From Octopus bimaculoides (Eukaryota): a DNA stretch of 64,000 bases. The stretch's first letter is position 1. Each line of letters starts with the position of its first letter. Shown one piece after another: positions 1 through 11,892 of the stretch. The translations under genes and the position numbers were made by a program. The stretch covers positions 28,560,397 to 28,624,396 of the forward strand of contig NC_068988.1 of assembly GCF_001194135.2 (NCBI RefSeq), written 5' to 3'. The notes beneath the pieces are model-generated. The model saw only the letters and a program-made list of their open reading frames with translations. It was not told the origin of the DNA and made no database searches.

Positions 1-45
<45 letters not shown>

Positions 46-567
46 TCCATAATTTAAAGGAACAGTGTGTTTAACATTCTGTATATCAATCCAGCTTCAT
101 TATTGGTCAATCAGTATTATGTATGGTGCTGGCAAATGACACTTAGGTAGAACCTGTTTTCTCCCCCCTGAGGCGAGCATTATCTGTACTGTGTGCATGG
201 AAATCACTAAAAACAAAAAGTTGCCGTCTTAGCTATAAAAAGAAATTGCTTGCTGGATACATCACTTTACAATGACACACCTTTAATAAAAACTAAAACA
301 GAAACAAAAAAAAATTTGTGAGTATAGAAGTGCTTTAACCAGTTTGCTAGCACATACATCTACAATAAGCATTACAGTCTACAATCTGCAACTACTCCTC
401 AACTGCTTTAACACTGGAAAGCAAAATAAATAAGATTTGCTGAGAAATTATTTTCTTCAACTGGAGACGTGTCATCATAACAGAGATTTCTGCAAATCAT
501 ACAAGTTTAAGAAAAACTTTCCCCTCATAGAATCAGAAATCACTTTTCAGATTCAATAACTGGTCGA

Positions 568-1872
568 ATGATGACAACTCTAAGGAGGAAAACTTTGAGT
601 CAATCGACATATCATTCACGTCATCGAGCACCGATCCGAAAGTCACTATCGAGTAGAGATATACACCAAGTGTTTACATCCTTCCCAACTCTGGGTAGAT
701 CTACACACAGGGTACGGAACTCAAGCCCTTTATCATATTTTCAAATCTACACTAAAAAAGCAGATGATTCAAGTTACGAGCCTGGTGAACAGATGACTAT
801 TGACTTGGAGTTTTACATAAAACATCCTTTGGAGTTACAATTTATTGAAATGATTATCGTTGGTCAAAGCAGTGCTACATATCTACAAACAGGAATCGGA
901 GGTGCCCCTAAAAAGGTTTTCATGAATAAAAAGTTTGCTGTTCTGGGTAATCCTCATGAAAGGATGATTGCTATGCCAGGCTTGTACAGCTCACAGTATA
1001 AATACTGGTTACCACCAGATATACCATCATCATTGCTCTATGAAGATAAAAACACAGTTGTATTAGAAATTACCTACTTTATAGCCATTTATATTCATAC
1101 ACCCCTCAATATTCATCCGTCAAGCTACAATTTTCAATCAAGGGACCCCCATACTGTGCTACTGAGAAAGAAACACTTCCAAGTTGAAGAATCTCCCAGT
1201 AGCCTAGTAAACAGACTGTCAGAGGCATTGATTCCCGTGAATCACGAAGAGAAAACCAAATTAAAGTTCAGTCGTGGAAAACAAGTTCACATTGTCTTAA
1301 CCCTTGACAAGAGGTTATATGAACCAGGAGAGAGGATCTGCCTTGGTCTCCAGATAGCTATCGACCCAGGATGGCCAACAAAATCAGTTTCGAAAATTAC
1401 AGGAACACTTAACCAGTTGGTTCAGTTTGAGGAAAAGAGTGAACGTTTCTCTAAATGCATTTCGCATGTGCGTTCAAAGGACCCTAGTCCAATAGAGGAA
1501 CCATCACAGAATGAAAAGAAGCAAAATAAATTCCAGATTTTCCTTCCTATTCACAAGAATGCAGCCTTGTGTACCAGTCAGTACAAATGCAAATTATTTC
1601 AAGTGTCCCACTATTTACAAGTTGAGATCACTTTTTCTGGATTAAGCGGGAAACTAAGATTCAGGATACCGATTTTTATTGGACAACGGATTTTACCTCA
1701 CCTGACAATTTCGCAGAAAATAACATCAAACTTTTTAACACCAATATTTAGCAAACCCCTTCGCTTTCCTCATTTCAGTCCAACAGAAATGCCACAAAAT
1801 CAAATACAAACTACCAAAGTGAGTTCTAAATGGTATTCGTATTTTTGTTGTTGTTGTTGCTGTTGTTGTTGA
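568..1872 (+). CDS. Alpha-arrestin / arrestin domain-containing protein (ARRDC-like), single coding exon, 434 aa, C-terminal Cys8
   Basis: Uninterrupted 434-aa ORF. Arrestin_N-like motifs: YEPGEQMTIDL, PGLYSSQYKYWLPPDIPSS, ITYFIAIYI. Arrestin_C-like motifs: LTLDKRLYEPGERI, CKLFQVSHYLQVEITFSGLSGKLRFRIPIFIG. A possible 5'UTR acceptor (cacttttcag) ends at 550. Confidence 0.85.
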   Translation: MMTTLRRKTLSQSTYHSRHRAPIRKSLSSRDIHQVFTSFPTLGRSTHRVRNSSPLSYFQIYTKKADDSSYEPGEQMTIDLEFYIKHPLELQFIEMIIVGQSSATYLQTGIGGAPKKVFMNKKFAVLGNPHERMIAMPGLYSSQYKYWLPPDIPSSLLYEDKNTVVLEITYFIAIYIHTPLNIHPSSYNFQSRDPHTVLLRKKHFQVEESPSSLVNRLSEALIPVNHEEKTKLKFSRGKQVHIVLTLDKRLYEPGERICLGLQIAIDPGWPTKSVSKITGTLNQLVQFEEKSERFSKCISHVRSKDPSPIEEPSQNEKKQNKFQIFLPIHKNAALCTSQYKCKLFQVSHYLQVEITFSGLSGKLRFRIPIFIGQRILPHLTISQKITSNFLTPIFSKPLRFPHFSPTEMPQNQIQTTKVSSKWYSYFCCCCCCCC

Positions 1873-2112
1873 AATCAAAATAATAAAAAAAATATCTTTT
1901 TGTGAATTTTCAAACTGTTATGTTTTACAAAACATACCTTTAAAAAAGTCACTTTGCAGAATATATTAATACATACATCGGTCGATACACAATTAAGTTT
2001 ATTTTAAAAGAAAGTTGGTCATCTTCTGTTGGTTGTTTTTTCCTCGCATTAGGTACTAAATGTGGTTATTTTGAGAAGTCCACTGTGTGGCGTTATTATT
2101 TTTCTGTAATAA

Positions 2113-2454
2113 NNNNNNNNNNNNNNNNNNNNNNNNNNNNNNNNNNNNNNNNNNNNNNNNNNNNNNNNNNNNNNNNNNNNNNNNNNNNNNNNNNNNNNNN
2201 NNNNNNNNNNNNNNNNNNNNNNNNNNNNNNNNNNNNNNNNNNNNNNNNNNNNNNNNNNNNNNNNNNNNNNNNNNNNNNNNNNNNNNNNNNNNNNNNNNNN
2301 NNNNNNNNNNNNNNNNNNNNNNNNNNNNNNNNNNNNNNNNNNNNNNNNNNNNNNNNNNNNNNNNNNNNNNNNNNNNNNNNNNNNNNNNNNNNNNNNNNNN
2401 NNNNNNNNNNNNNNNNNNNNNNNNNNNNNNNNNNNNNNNNNNNNNNNNNNNNNN
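2113..2454. other. Assembly gap (others: 3428-3523, 9954-10333, 29314-29326, 32973-32982, 43867-43876, 54433-54591, 59745-59814)
   Basis: Runs of N, mostly abutting microsatellites or homopolymers. Confidence 0.99.
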
Positions 2455-3114
2455 GCATTCCCTTGTATACTGTATTTACTTGTGTATAAGTCACATAGTC
2501 AAATGCTTTATTTTAATGGAAAAAAAAAAACTGGGGTGTGACTTATATGGGGCAAAGCTTTAAATTATGAAAGGAAAAAAAATTTGTAGCAAGATTTAAA
2601 CATTAAATTAAGGATGCAGTTTATACATGTGTAAATATATATATATATATATTTTTTTTTTTTTAATGAATATCAGATTATAACGAGGTCCTTTCTAATT
2701 GGGAACTAAATTTTCCAGTAATCTTTAATTTAAGTGAGTTTTCAAATGCATTCTGTAAAACTGCTGAGTAAAAAGTTCTACAAATACCAGGGACCCATTT
2801 ATAAACACTTTAAACCCTGACTACATAAATGCTAACAAAATAATAAAAAAAAGGGGGTAATATAAGTCGTAAAGGTAAAAGGGTCTTTTTTAAGACATTA
2901 GCACATTACATGTAACAATATATATTGCATTGTTAGAAAACAGGTATAAAAAAAAATAGCTGTAAATGTATACACATTGTTCTGGGTTTTTTTTCTAACC
3001 CAGGTAATTATCCCAGCTTGAAACAAACAAAGCTTTTTAAGAAGTTGAAAACACAAAAAAGAACATCTCAACAAATTTAAAGAAAGGTTTAGCACACACA
3101 CACACACATATATA

Positions 3115-3391
3115 TCATCATCATCATCATCATCATCCAGTGTTTTAAATCCAGGTTTTGTCTCCGTTAACAGGGGTGGCCACATCTGCCTCAATGCTGA
3201 GGTAGGCAGGTGCAGCCCACCTAACCTTTGAGCTGGCTGGTGCCCATTCTCCTTTGTTGTCATGAGGCTTTCCACCACATTTCTTAAAAATCATGGTAGA
3301 GGCCTTGGGCTCGGGACCACTCATGTCTAGAAACTGACGTTGGGGGTAAGCAAGGGCATGCTCCCCATAGAAAATCCAGCTCCAAAAAAGC

Positions 3392-3395
<4 letters not shown>
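3115..3395 (-). mobile_element. Retroelement 3' end / SINE with (GAT)n tail
   Basis: GC-rich block that ends gcagatgtggcc...aaaacactg(gat)n on the minus strand. Confidence 0.5.
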
Positions 3396-3427
<32 letters not shown>

Positions 3428-6273
3428 NNNNNNNNNNNNNNNNNNNNNNNNNNNNNNNNNNNNNNNNNNNNNNNNNNNNNNNNNNNNNNNNNNNNNNNNN
3501 NNNNNNNNNNNNNNNNNNNNNNNCTTTCTGTTAACAAATTTGATAGCCATTTTATATCTGTGAAAACTTTCATGTAGATGTAAAATTCTACCTTCTTTTT
3601 ACCTTCTTTTTACCTTCTTATGAGAAAAATGCTAAAATTTCTAGTAGTTTTTAATGTAAGTGAAAGTTTTCAAATATATTTTATAAAACTATTGAGTAAA
3701 AAAGATCTTGTATAACGTCTATAACGATCAGGTATGCATCCATAAACATTTCAAGCCTCAGCTATGTAAAAGTCAGAAATAAAAATGTAGAAGACACTTG
3801 CCCAAGGTGCCATGCAGTGGGACTGAACCCAGAACCATGTGGTTGAGAAGAAAGCTTCTTACCGCCATACCATATCTGATGGCATATAAAAGATAACAAG
3901 GGCAGCCTCAGGCCAACAAAAGCTTTGTGTGTGTATTTGGTAGATGGAAACTGAAAGAAGCCTGTCATATATATATAATGTGTGTATGTGTGTGTGTCTT
4001 TGTATCTGTGTCTGTTTCCCAGCAGTGGTGGACAACCGGCATTGGTACGTTTACATCCCCCTAACTTAGCAGTTTAGCAAAAGAGACAGATAGAATAAAT
4101 GCCAGCCTTAAAACAAAAGTGGGGTCAGTCCATTCGATGAAAAATTCTTCAAGGTGGTACCCTAGCATGGCCACAGTCTAATGACTGAAACAAGTAAAAA
4201 AAAAAAAACTTTAAAAAAAATAAATAAGAGGTTATATATAGCTGGATTGTTTTTGATCATAGGTCTGGACAACCAGAGCCAGCCTGGGGTTAAACAGCAA
4301 CACTAACGGATAATGGGTGTAAATGATAACGTATGACTAGAAATCTCAACGTCATTTATGCAGCAATTAAAAATAACGATTAGAAAATTAGGACAACACC
4401 AGCAACAATTATTGCAAGTAAAAGAGGGAGCCTCTCTAAGTGGATGCTCGACTTGCTAGAAGCAACAGTCAAATCTCAACTCATATTTTTCTTAAGCATT
4501 GGAAGGGCAGATTGGATAATGAAAGTTAGATGAGATGGTCATGGCTGGAATGTAGCAGATCATAGTTCAGCTTAGTCAGGACTTAACATGGGGCCTACAG
4601 CCACATCATGCAACCCATATTGCCAATCATGTCACTGAAAATTCAGTTCATTAAATTGACTTCTGTTTACATTATTGCAAATTAATGTCTTTAATTACCT
4701 TACCAGCCTTCCATAATTGAAGCTAAAATTTGTAAAATAAAAATTGTTAGGTGCAGGCATGACTGTGTGGTTAAGGAACTCATTTTGCAACAGAGTGGTT
4801 TTGGGTTCAGTCCCACGGCATGGCACCTTAGGCAAGTGTCTTCTATTATAGTCTTGAGTTGACAAATGACTTGTGAGTATGTCTGTCATAAAAGGAAACT
4901 GTGTAGAAACCTACTGTGTGTGTGTGTGTGCGTGCATGTGTGTGTGTGTGTGTGTGTGCATTTCTTTGTAACTATGTTTGTCTCCCACAACTATTTGACA
5001 ACTGGTGTTAGTTTCTGTCCATATAGCTTAGCAGTTCAGTAAAAGAGACCAACAGAATAAGAACAAGTACTGGGGCCAATTTGTTCAACTAGACTGTCAT
5101 GGTGATACCCCAGTATGGCCGCTGTCCAATGACTGAAACAAGTAAAAGATAAAAGTTTTTTTTTTTATATTGTATGAAAGCATTAAGTCTGTTTACAAGA
5201 TGTGTGTAGGTAGAGTAAAATGTACCTTACAATCATGAGGGTCTGGGATCAAGTCCCTTATGCACCCCATGAGCCAGCATCATCTACAAAATCCTCCTAT
5301 CAACCCCCAAGTGCTATGAATGAAACTGGGCAGAAAGGAATTGTATAGAAGCCCATCAGATGTACTTTATTTGTAATTCAAAGACCCAGTTTGTCACATC
5401 GATTAGATTGACCCCAGTATGCAACTGGTACTTAATTTATTGACCCCGTAAGGATGAAAGTCAAAGTTGACCTCAGCGGAATTTGAACTCAGAACGTAAA
5501 GACAGACGAAATATCGCAAAGCATTTCACCCGACATGCTAACATTTTTTATTTCTTTACTGCCCACAGGGGGCTACACACAGATGGGACAAACAAGGACA
5601 GACAAATGGATTAAGTCAATTATATCGACCCCAGCGCATAGCCGGTACTTAATTTATCGACCCCGAAAGGACGAAAGGCAAAGTCGACCTCGGTGGAATT
5701 TGAACTCAGAACGTAGTGGCAGATGAGATATCGCTAAGCATTTCTGCCAGCTTACCACCTTACGACATCAATTATTGCAGTTTTGTCAACCCAAAACTGT
5801 TGCAAAGTCATTAAAAGATGTAAAAGTTGCAATCATTCAACTTTATAGTTAAATGTCAATCCTTCTTTCCAGAGCACCTTCCCACTTGAGCAAAGGCAGT
5901 TGCATCAGACTTAGATAACCGACCTTTCCTGCATGACACAAAAACAAAATAAACAACTAATTATCACATCATACCAAATACGGTTCATCACCACTCGGTC
6001 AAAGAGTGCAGGATAGCCCTCAACTAGGAGGTGGCTTGGTATAATCTTTTATCTTTTACTTGTTTCAGTCACTGGGTTGTGACCATGCTGGAGCATTGCT
6101 TAGAAGGGTTTTAGTCGAACAAATCAACCCGAGTACTTATTCTTTTCTTTCTACTTGCTTCAGTCATTTGACTGCGATCATGCTGGAGCACCACCTTTGG
6201 TCGAAACAAATCAACCCCAGGACTTATTCTTTGTAAGCCTAGTACTAAATGTATTGGTCGCTTTTGAGAGAGG

Positions 6274-6332
<59 letters not shown>

Positions 6333-6417
6333 TAAAGTGTCTGATGTCAAGTAAGTCAATGCCGAATCAGCAATGCCAAAATGTCTCACGTGCCTACGGT
6401 GCTGAATCTGAGAAAAA

Positions 6418-6625
6418 GGTGGCAAGCAGGCAGAATCATTAGCATGCCAGGTGAAATGCTTAGCGGTATTTCATGTCTTTACGTTCTGAGTTCAAATTCC
6501 GCCGATGTCGACTTTGCCTTTCATCCTTTTGGGATCGATAAATTAAGTACCAGTTGCATACCGGGGTCAATCTAATTGACTGGCCCCCTTACCCCAAAAT
6601 TTCGGGCCTTGTGCCTAGAGTAGAA
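6418..6625 (+). mobile_element. tRNA-derived SINE family S2
   Basis: ggcagaatcattagc...gagttcaaattccgcc...gtcgact...aagtaccag. Copies at 5410-5760 -, 12320-12535 -, 13960-14170 +, 27170-27600 +, 28750-28900 +, 47900-48080 +. Confidence 0.75.
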
Positions 6626-8118
6626 AAGAATCTGAAACCAGTGTTTATACAGATCAAACTTTACCATTTCTCTCTTTCTCCTGGTATTTACTCAGACCAT
6701 TCCATCCTGCATCTGTATAGTACAAACCACTTTACTGAATTCTCATGGTTGTGTGGTTAAGAAGCTTGGGCCTTGGGTTCAATCCCACTTTGTGGTATCT
6801 TGGGCAAGTGTCTTCTACTTTAGTCCCAGACAAACCAGTCTTATGCATAGATTTGGAAGACAGCAACTGAAAGAAGCCAGCCATATACTGTGTGTGTGTG
6901 TGTGTGTGTATGTGTGTGTGTGTGGTCATATGTATATTTGTGTGTAACTTTGTTTTGGACAGCACATGATGGTTGTAAATGAGCATCACCATCACATAAG
7001 TGGGGTTGTTTGTTTCCAGTTTTCCACGAAAACCTGTCTTGTTATGGGGGAAATATTATCTTACTTGGCAACAGGAAAGGCATCTGACCATGGAAAACCT
7101 GCCTCAGCAAATTCTGTCTGACCCATGCAAGCATAGGAAAGTCCATGTTAAATGATGATGATGACGATGACAATGATGTAAGGATGGCAGTAATTTCGGG
7201 AAGTCTCTGATGACGAGAAAGAGATGCAAGTAAATGATGGGTTCTTAGGAGACATCAAAATCGATAGAGCAGATACCAACAAACACAGGCTGACACAATC
7301 AGATCTGAGAGAAAGTTTCTAATCCTGTTGTAATCTATAAAAAAGATGTTAGACGTAGAATCTTGCTTGTCAATGATTTTGTCAGCATCAAAGGCAGTAG
7401 CTTTGTTTTCTCCATATATTTCATCATCCCCATGATGAAGATCACCGTTGTTTAAAGGTTCATTTTTCCATACTCGCATGGATTAAACAAAATTCATTGA
7501 GGCAGATTTTTCAACAGCTGGATGCACTTCTTGTCTCTTATCTAAAACATATCTGTCACACTGAAAAGAAATCCTTGAAACTCATATTGACAGACATTAT
7601 CATCATCATAATTTAATGTCCATTTTTTTCCATGCTTGCATGGGTCAGACAGAAATTGTTGAAGTACATTTTCTACAGCTGGATACCCATCGCATTGCCA
7701 ACCCTCACCTGTTTCCAAGCAACATAATAGTTTCCCATGGTCAGACATGTTTTTTCGTGGAAAACTGGAAATGAAGGACATTGCTTGTATGACAGTAATG
7801 CTAATTTAAACCATCACATAATGTCAAGAGAACGGTACACACACACTAACATATGTATACAAGACGGGCTTCTTTCAGTTTCCATATACCAAATCCACTC
7901 ACAGTATAGTAGAAGACACATGGCCAAGGTGCCACATAGTGTGATTGAACCCAACACTAGATGGTTGAGAAGCAAGCTTCTCAACCAAACAAGTTATTAG
8001 TATTGCTATGCTGAAGTAAAATCATAAAAGCAGCTAAAATATAAATAACCATTTTGAAATCCATTTATTTTCATTATTTAATTTTGACGGATATTTGTCC
8101 TCATCTTGTTTGTTGTTA

Positions 8119-8162
8119 ACACAACGTTTCGGCTGATATACGCTCCAGCCTTCATCAGGTGT
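8119..8162 (-). ncRNA. Minimal type-I hammerhead ribozyme motif (intact core) in repeat family A
   Basis: Minus strand reads ACAC-CUGAUGA-A-GGCUG(gagcguauau)CAGCC-GAAA-CG-UU-GUGU: helix I, conserved core, 5-bp helix II, palindromic ACGU helix III, GUU cleavage triplet. Confidence 0.7.
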
Positions 8163-8493
8163 CATGGGGAAATTTCAAACCTGGGTTCTCGTTCCTAAGG
8201 TATCTTTCGATGTTGTTGTTGTTATTATTATTATTATTATTATTATATTTTAAAAAAGGATTGATGTAACTCTTCATGAAGGTAAATAGTCAAGATGAAG
8301 AGCGCAATTCGATTGTATGGATGTTTTATTCGTTGAACAATATTTCGACAGTACATCTGTCTTTCTTAATTTCAAAACAAACGGTGATTGAAAATTCAAA
8401 ATTTCAGAAATCCAAACACTAAACTATGAACGAGAGTAACCAGCGTTCATACGTTGATGGAATGACATCATCAGTTTTTAAATTTTATAACTA

Positions 8494-8888
8494 GGTGTAG
8501 GAGTGGCTGTGTCTTAAGTAGCTTGCTTACCAACCACATGGTTCCGGGTTCAGTCCCACTGCGTGGCATCTTGGGCAGGTGTCTTCTACTATAGACTCGG
8601 GCCGACCAAAGCCTTGTGGGTGGATTTGGTAGACGGAAACTGAAAGAAGCCCGTCGTATATATGTATATATATATATGTATGTGTGTATGTGTTTGTCCC
8701 CCCAACATCGCTTGACAACTGATGCTGGTGTGTTTATGTCCCCGTAACTTAGCGGTTCGGCAAAAGAGACCGATAGAATAAGTACTAGGCTTCTAAAGAA
8801 TAAGTCCTGGGGTAGATTTGCTCGAATAAAGGTGGTGCTCCAGCATGGCCACAGTCAAAAGACTGAAACAAGTAAAAGAGTAAAAGAG
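8494..8888 (+). mobile_element. Full-length abundant tRNA-derived SINE (family S1)
   Basis: B-box-like ggttcagtcc head, internal (TA/TG)n, agtaaaagag tail. More than 20 related copies in the window, e.g. 4750-5155 +, 22455-22820 -, 25222-25560 +, 29726-30124 -, 34358-34728 -, 53935-54285 +. Confidence 0.8.
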
Positions 8889-9266
8889 AGCAGAAAGAAA
8901 GAGAAAAAATAGAAAAAGGAAGACAGAAAAAAAGGAAAGAAAAAGAGAGAAAGAAGAATATTCAATCAAACAGTTTTGTATAAATTTGATGATATTCTCC
9001 TGTCATCTTATTCATTCCTCCAGGGCGTGATGTCAATATCCCGCAAACATATTTCTCCTCATACTTTTGAACTTGAGAAAGACAGACGTGTTGTCAAAAT
9101 GTTGTTCAACGAATAAAACATCTATACAATCAAATTGCGCTCTTCGTCTTGACTATCATTATTATTATTATTATCATTATTATTATTATTCAGGCATATG
9201 GCATAGTGGTTAAGAGCGTGGGCTACTAACCCAAGATCCTGAGTTCGATTCAAGGCAGCGACCTGA

Positions 9267-9470
9267 ATAATAATGATAATAATAATAACATTGAAAAATA
9301 CCTTAGGAATGAGAACCCAGGTTCGAAATTTCCCCAAGACACCTGATGAAGACTGGAGGGTATATCAGCCAAAACGTTGTGTTAACAACAAACAAGATGA
9401 GGACAAATATCCGTCAAATGTAAATAATGCAAATAATGTACATAATTCCTCATCTCTTAAATATAGAACT
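9267..9470 (+). mobile_element. Hammerhead-bearing short repeat (family A), degenerate core
   Basis: Near-identical reverse complement of 8075-8245; motif at 9339-9382 with GAAA changed to AAAA. Confidence 0.7.
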
Positions 9471-10389
9471 CCATTTAATTTTTTCACTTTAAGCACACAA
9501 AGGCAGACAAAATATTTGTATTTGCTCGAAAGTGGGGGGTTTTCAACTGAGGTCCTTATAAGATTTTGTGGTTGAAATTTATTTGTAATAACTTGGTTAT
9601 CTTAATATATAAATCTGAAATTGTGTGTTTGTGTGAAGTCTTTTTGAAAGTTTATAGAAATCCACATTTTCCACTTTTTCGTAAAAATTTTTACATCAAT
9701 GGAATTTTCTCGATGTGAACTTTCCAGTGCAGTAATTAGATTTTTAAAATTCTGTTTACTTTGTGTGATTTAAGGGAGATTTGGCTGTTGTTTCTAGCAA
9801 CTTTTATATTTCATCCCTTCTACCTGGAACACAATTCTTACACAAGCGCTCAACATAAAAATATAGAGAGTAAGAGTAAAAGAGGGAGAGGGAGAGAGAG
9901 AGAAAGTGATACATACAACGTCATAGATTAAACTTTCATCTCAGTATTCTTTANNNNNNNNNNNNNNNNNNNNNNNNNNNNNNNNNNNNNNNNNNNNNNN
10001 NNNNNNNNNNNNNNNNNNNNNNNNNNNNNNNNNNNNNNNNNNNNNNNNNNNNNNNNNNNNNNNNNNNNNNNNNNNNNNNNNNNNNNNNNNNNNNNNNNNN
10101 NNNNNNNNNNNNNNNNNNNNNNNNNNNNNNNNNNNNNNNNNNNNNNNNNNNNNNNNNNNNNNNNNNNNNNNNNNNNNNNNNNNNNNNNNNNNNNNNNNNN
10201 NNNNNNNNNNNNNNNNNNNNNNNNNNNNNNNNNNNNNNNNNNNNNNNNNNNNNNNNNNNNNNNNNNNNNNNNNNNNNNNNNNNNNNNNNNNNNNNNNNNN
10301 NNNNNNNNNNNNNNNNNNNNNNNNNNNNNNNNNCCTCTCTACCTCTTCCTCTCTCGCTCTCTCAAAAGCATACACGTGCAAGTACACAA

Positions 10390-10686
10390 TCATTCAGTAA
10401 AATATAACTCATGTTCGTCAATGCTTTGTAAATTTACCACGATTTTCACTAGGGTTTTAGGGTCAGGGTTAGGGTTTAGAATTAATGTTACGGTTACGTT
10501 TTTTAGGGTCAGGGTTAGGGTTTAGGGTTAGTGTTAGGATTAGGTTTAGGATTAGGGTTGGGTAATCGTGCGGGTGTTAATCTGAAAAATTACAGATAAT
10601 TCTTTTTTAGTTGATTTTCAGCTAGCAAGACTTATCGTAGATAGCATAATGAGTCACACCAGGACAAGGTCGGGTTATACTGCTAG
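10390..10686 (+). mobile_element. Probable non-autonomous Helitron-like element containing degenerate TTAGGG-like repeats
   Basis: A|TC at 10389/10390, degenerate (T)TAGGG array at about 10450-10562, degenerate 3' hairpin accaggacaaggtcgggt, then CTAG|T at 10683-10687. Confidence 0.5.
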
Positions 10687-11892
10687 TACTTCTATAAAGC
10701 ATAAAATATTTTACCAACTCTTTTTTTTTTATACAATATTTAATAATAAAAATATAATCTGATTTTTTTTAATATGGAATGGTTATGAAGGTCCATTCGA
10801 GTAAAATGGGAATCAAATGGTTTCAGGAGTAGAAAACGGTTGAGAAACACTGCTTTAAAGTATGTATGTGTGTGGAGAGAAAGAGAGAGGGAGAGGGGGG
10901 AGAAAGAGAGAGAGAGAGAGGAATCACTGCTTGAGATAAATAGGTGGTTCTTAACTTGCGTCATAGCAGCTCCCTGGAATATTGTGAGGTCACAATATCG
11001 GAAGGGACAACTGTGAAAATATTAATGGGTGTCTTTTCTTAGAAATGAAGCATTTAAACTATGCACAATACTTATATTTTAAAATAAATTTCCAAAAACA
11101 TTTCCAAACGAAAATACGAATAGGACATGATGTAATTAGTGAATAGAAACATGAACGATGGCATACAAAGGTTAGTATAAGATTATCATATAACGCTCCC
11201 AAGCAAAATAGTAATTCCCCATGGCAAGACATGTTTTCCACAGAAACCTGGAAATGAACAACCTCGCTCGTATGACAATGATGCTCATTTACAAAAGAGT
11301 ACACACATACACACAAAATGAGTTCCTTTCAGCTTCCGTTTACCAGATCTGTTCAAAGGCTTTGTTTGGCCAAGCTAGAAGTCAACTGCCCATGGTTCCA
11401 TGCAGTAGGACTGAACTTGGAACCATGCAGTTGGGAAGCAAACTTCTTACCCACATAACCACACCTGCACCTATGAAAAAAATTATAATTCACCACTATA
11501 AAGAACATGAGTAATGCATAATTGAAATTTCTTTAATGAAATTTACACTATCACACAAAAATTCTTTCAAGAAGAAAATCATCGTTAAAATCTGTGAAAG
11601 ATTATGAGTTTAATGCAGCAGGAGAGATATCTTTAAAGCACTTAACGTTGTGTAAACTTGTCTTGGAAGTACATGAATTAAAAATGGAACCATGTAAACT
11701 TAGATAGATGCTGGCAGTGAATGAAAAGGAAAAAAAATCAGCTTTGCACTTTAATGTTTTAAATGGCTGTCTTTGAGAAGAGAATCAAAAAGTAAAAATA
11801 CTTGGGTCTTTAATTCATTTAAAAGTTTATGTTTGAAGAATAATCTCTCCTTTAATAGGCTTTTTGCTAACAATATATGTATGTTGTTAGCT

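Noticed and set aside
2085-2563. ORFs spanning N-gaps (also 9941-10393, 54320-54638, 59707-59934)
   Set aside because: Open only because of N codons.
6111-6442. Low-complexity ORFs (poly-ER/SL, HT/CV, N, I, M)
   Set aside because: Translations of microsatellites and SINEs; most short ORFs in the supplied track are of this kind.
7190-7480. Non-repetitive, coding-looking stretch (SDDEKEMQV... / MRVWKNEPL...)
   Set aside because: No recognisable motif, stops in all frames and no consistent splice sites; possibly a decayed transposon.
9192-9266. tRNA-like sequence with A/B boxes (apparent ACT anticodon)
   Set aside because: The acceptor stem does not pair and the sequence ends in an (AAT)n tail; it is a tRNA-derived short SINE, not a tRNA gene.
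10450-10562. True telomere or fusion relic
   Set aside because: Short, degenerate, and enclosed by Helitron-like termini.
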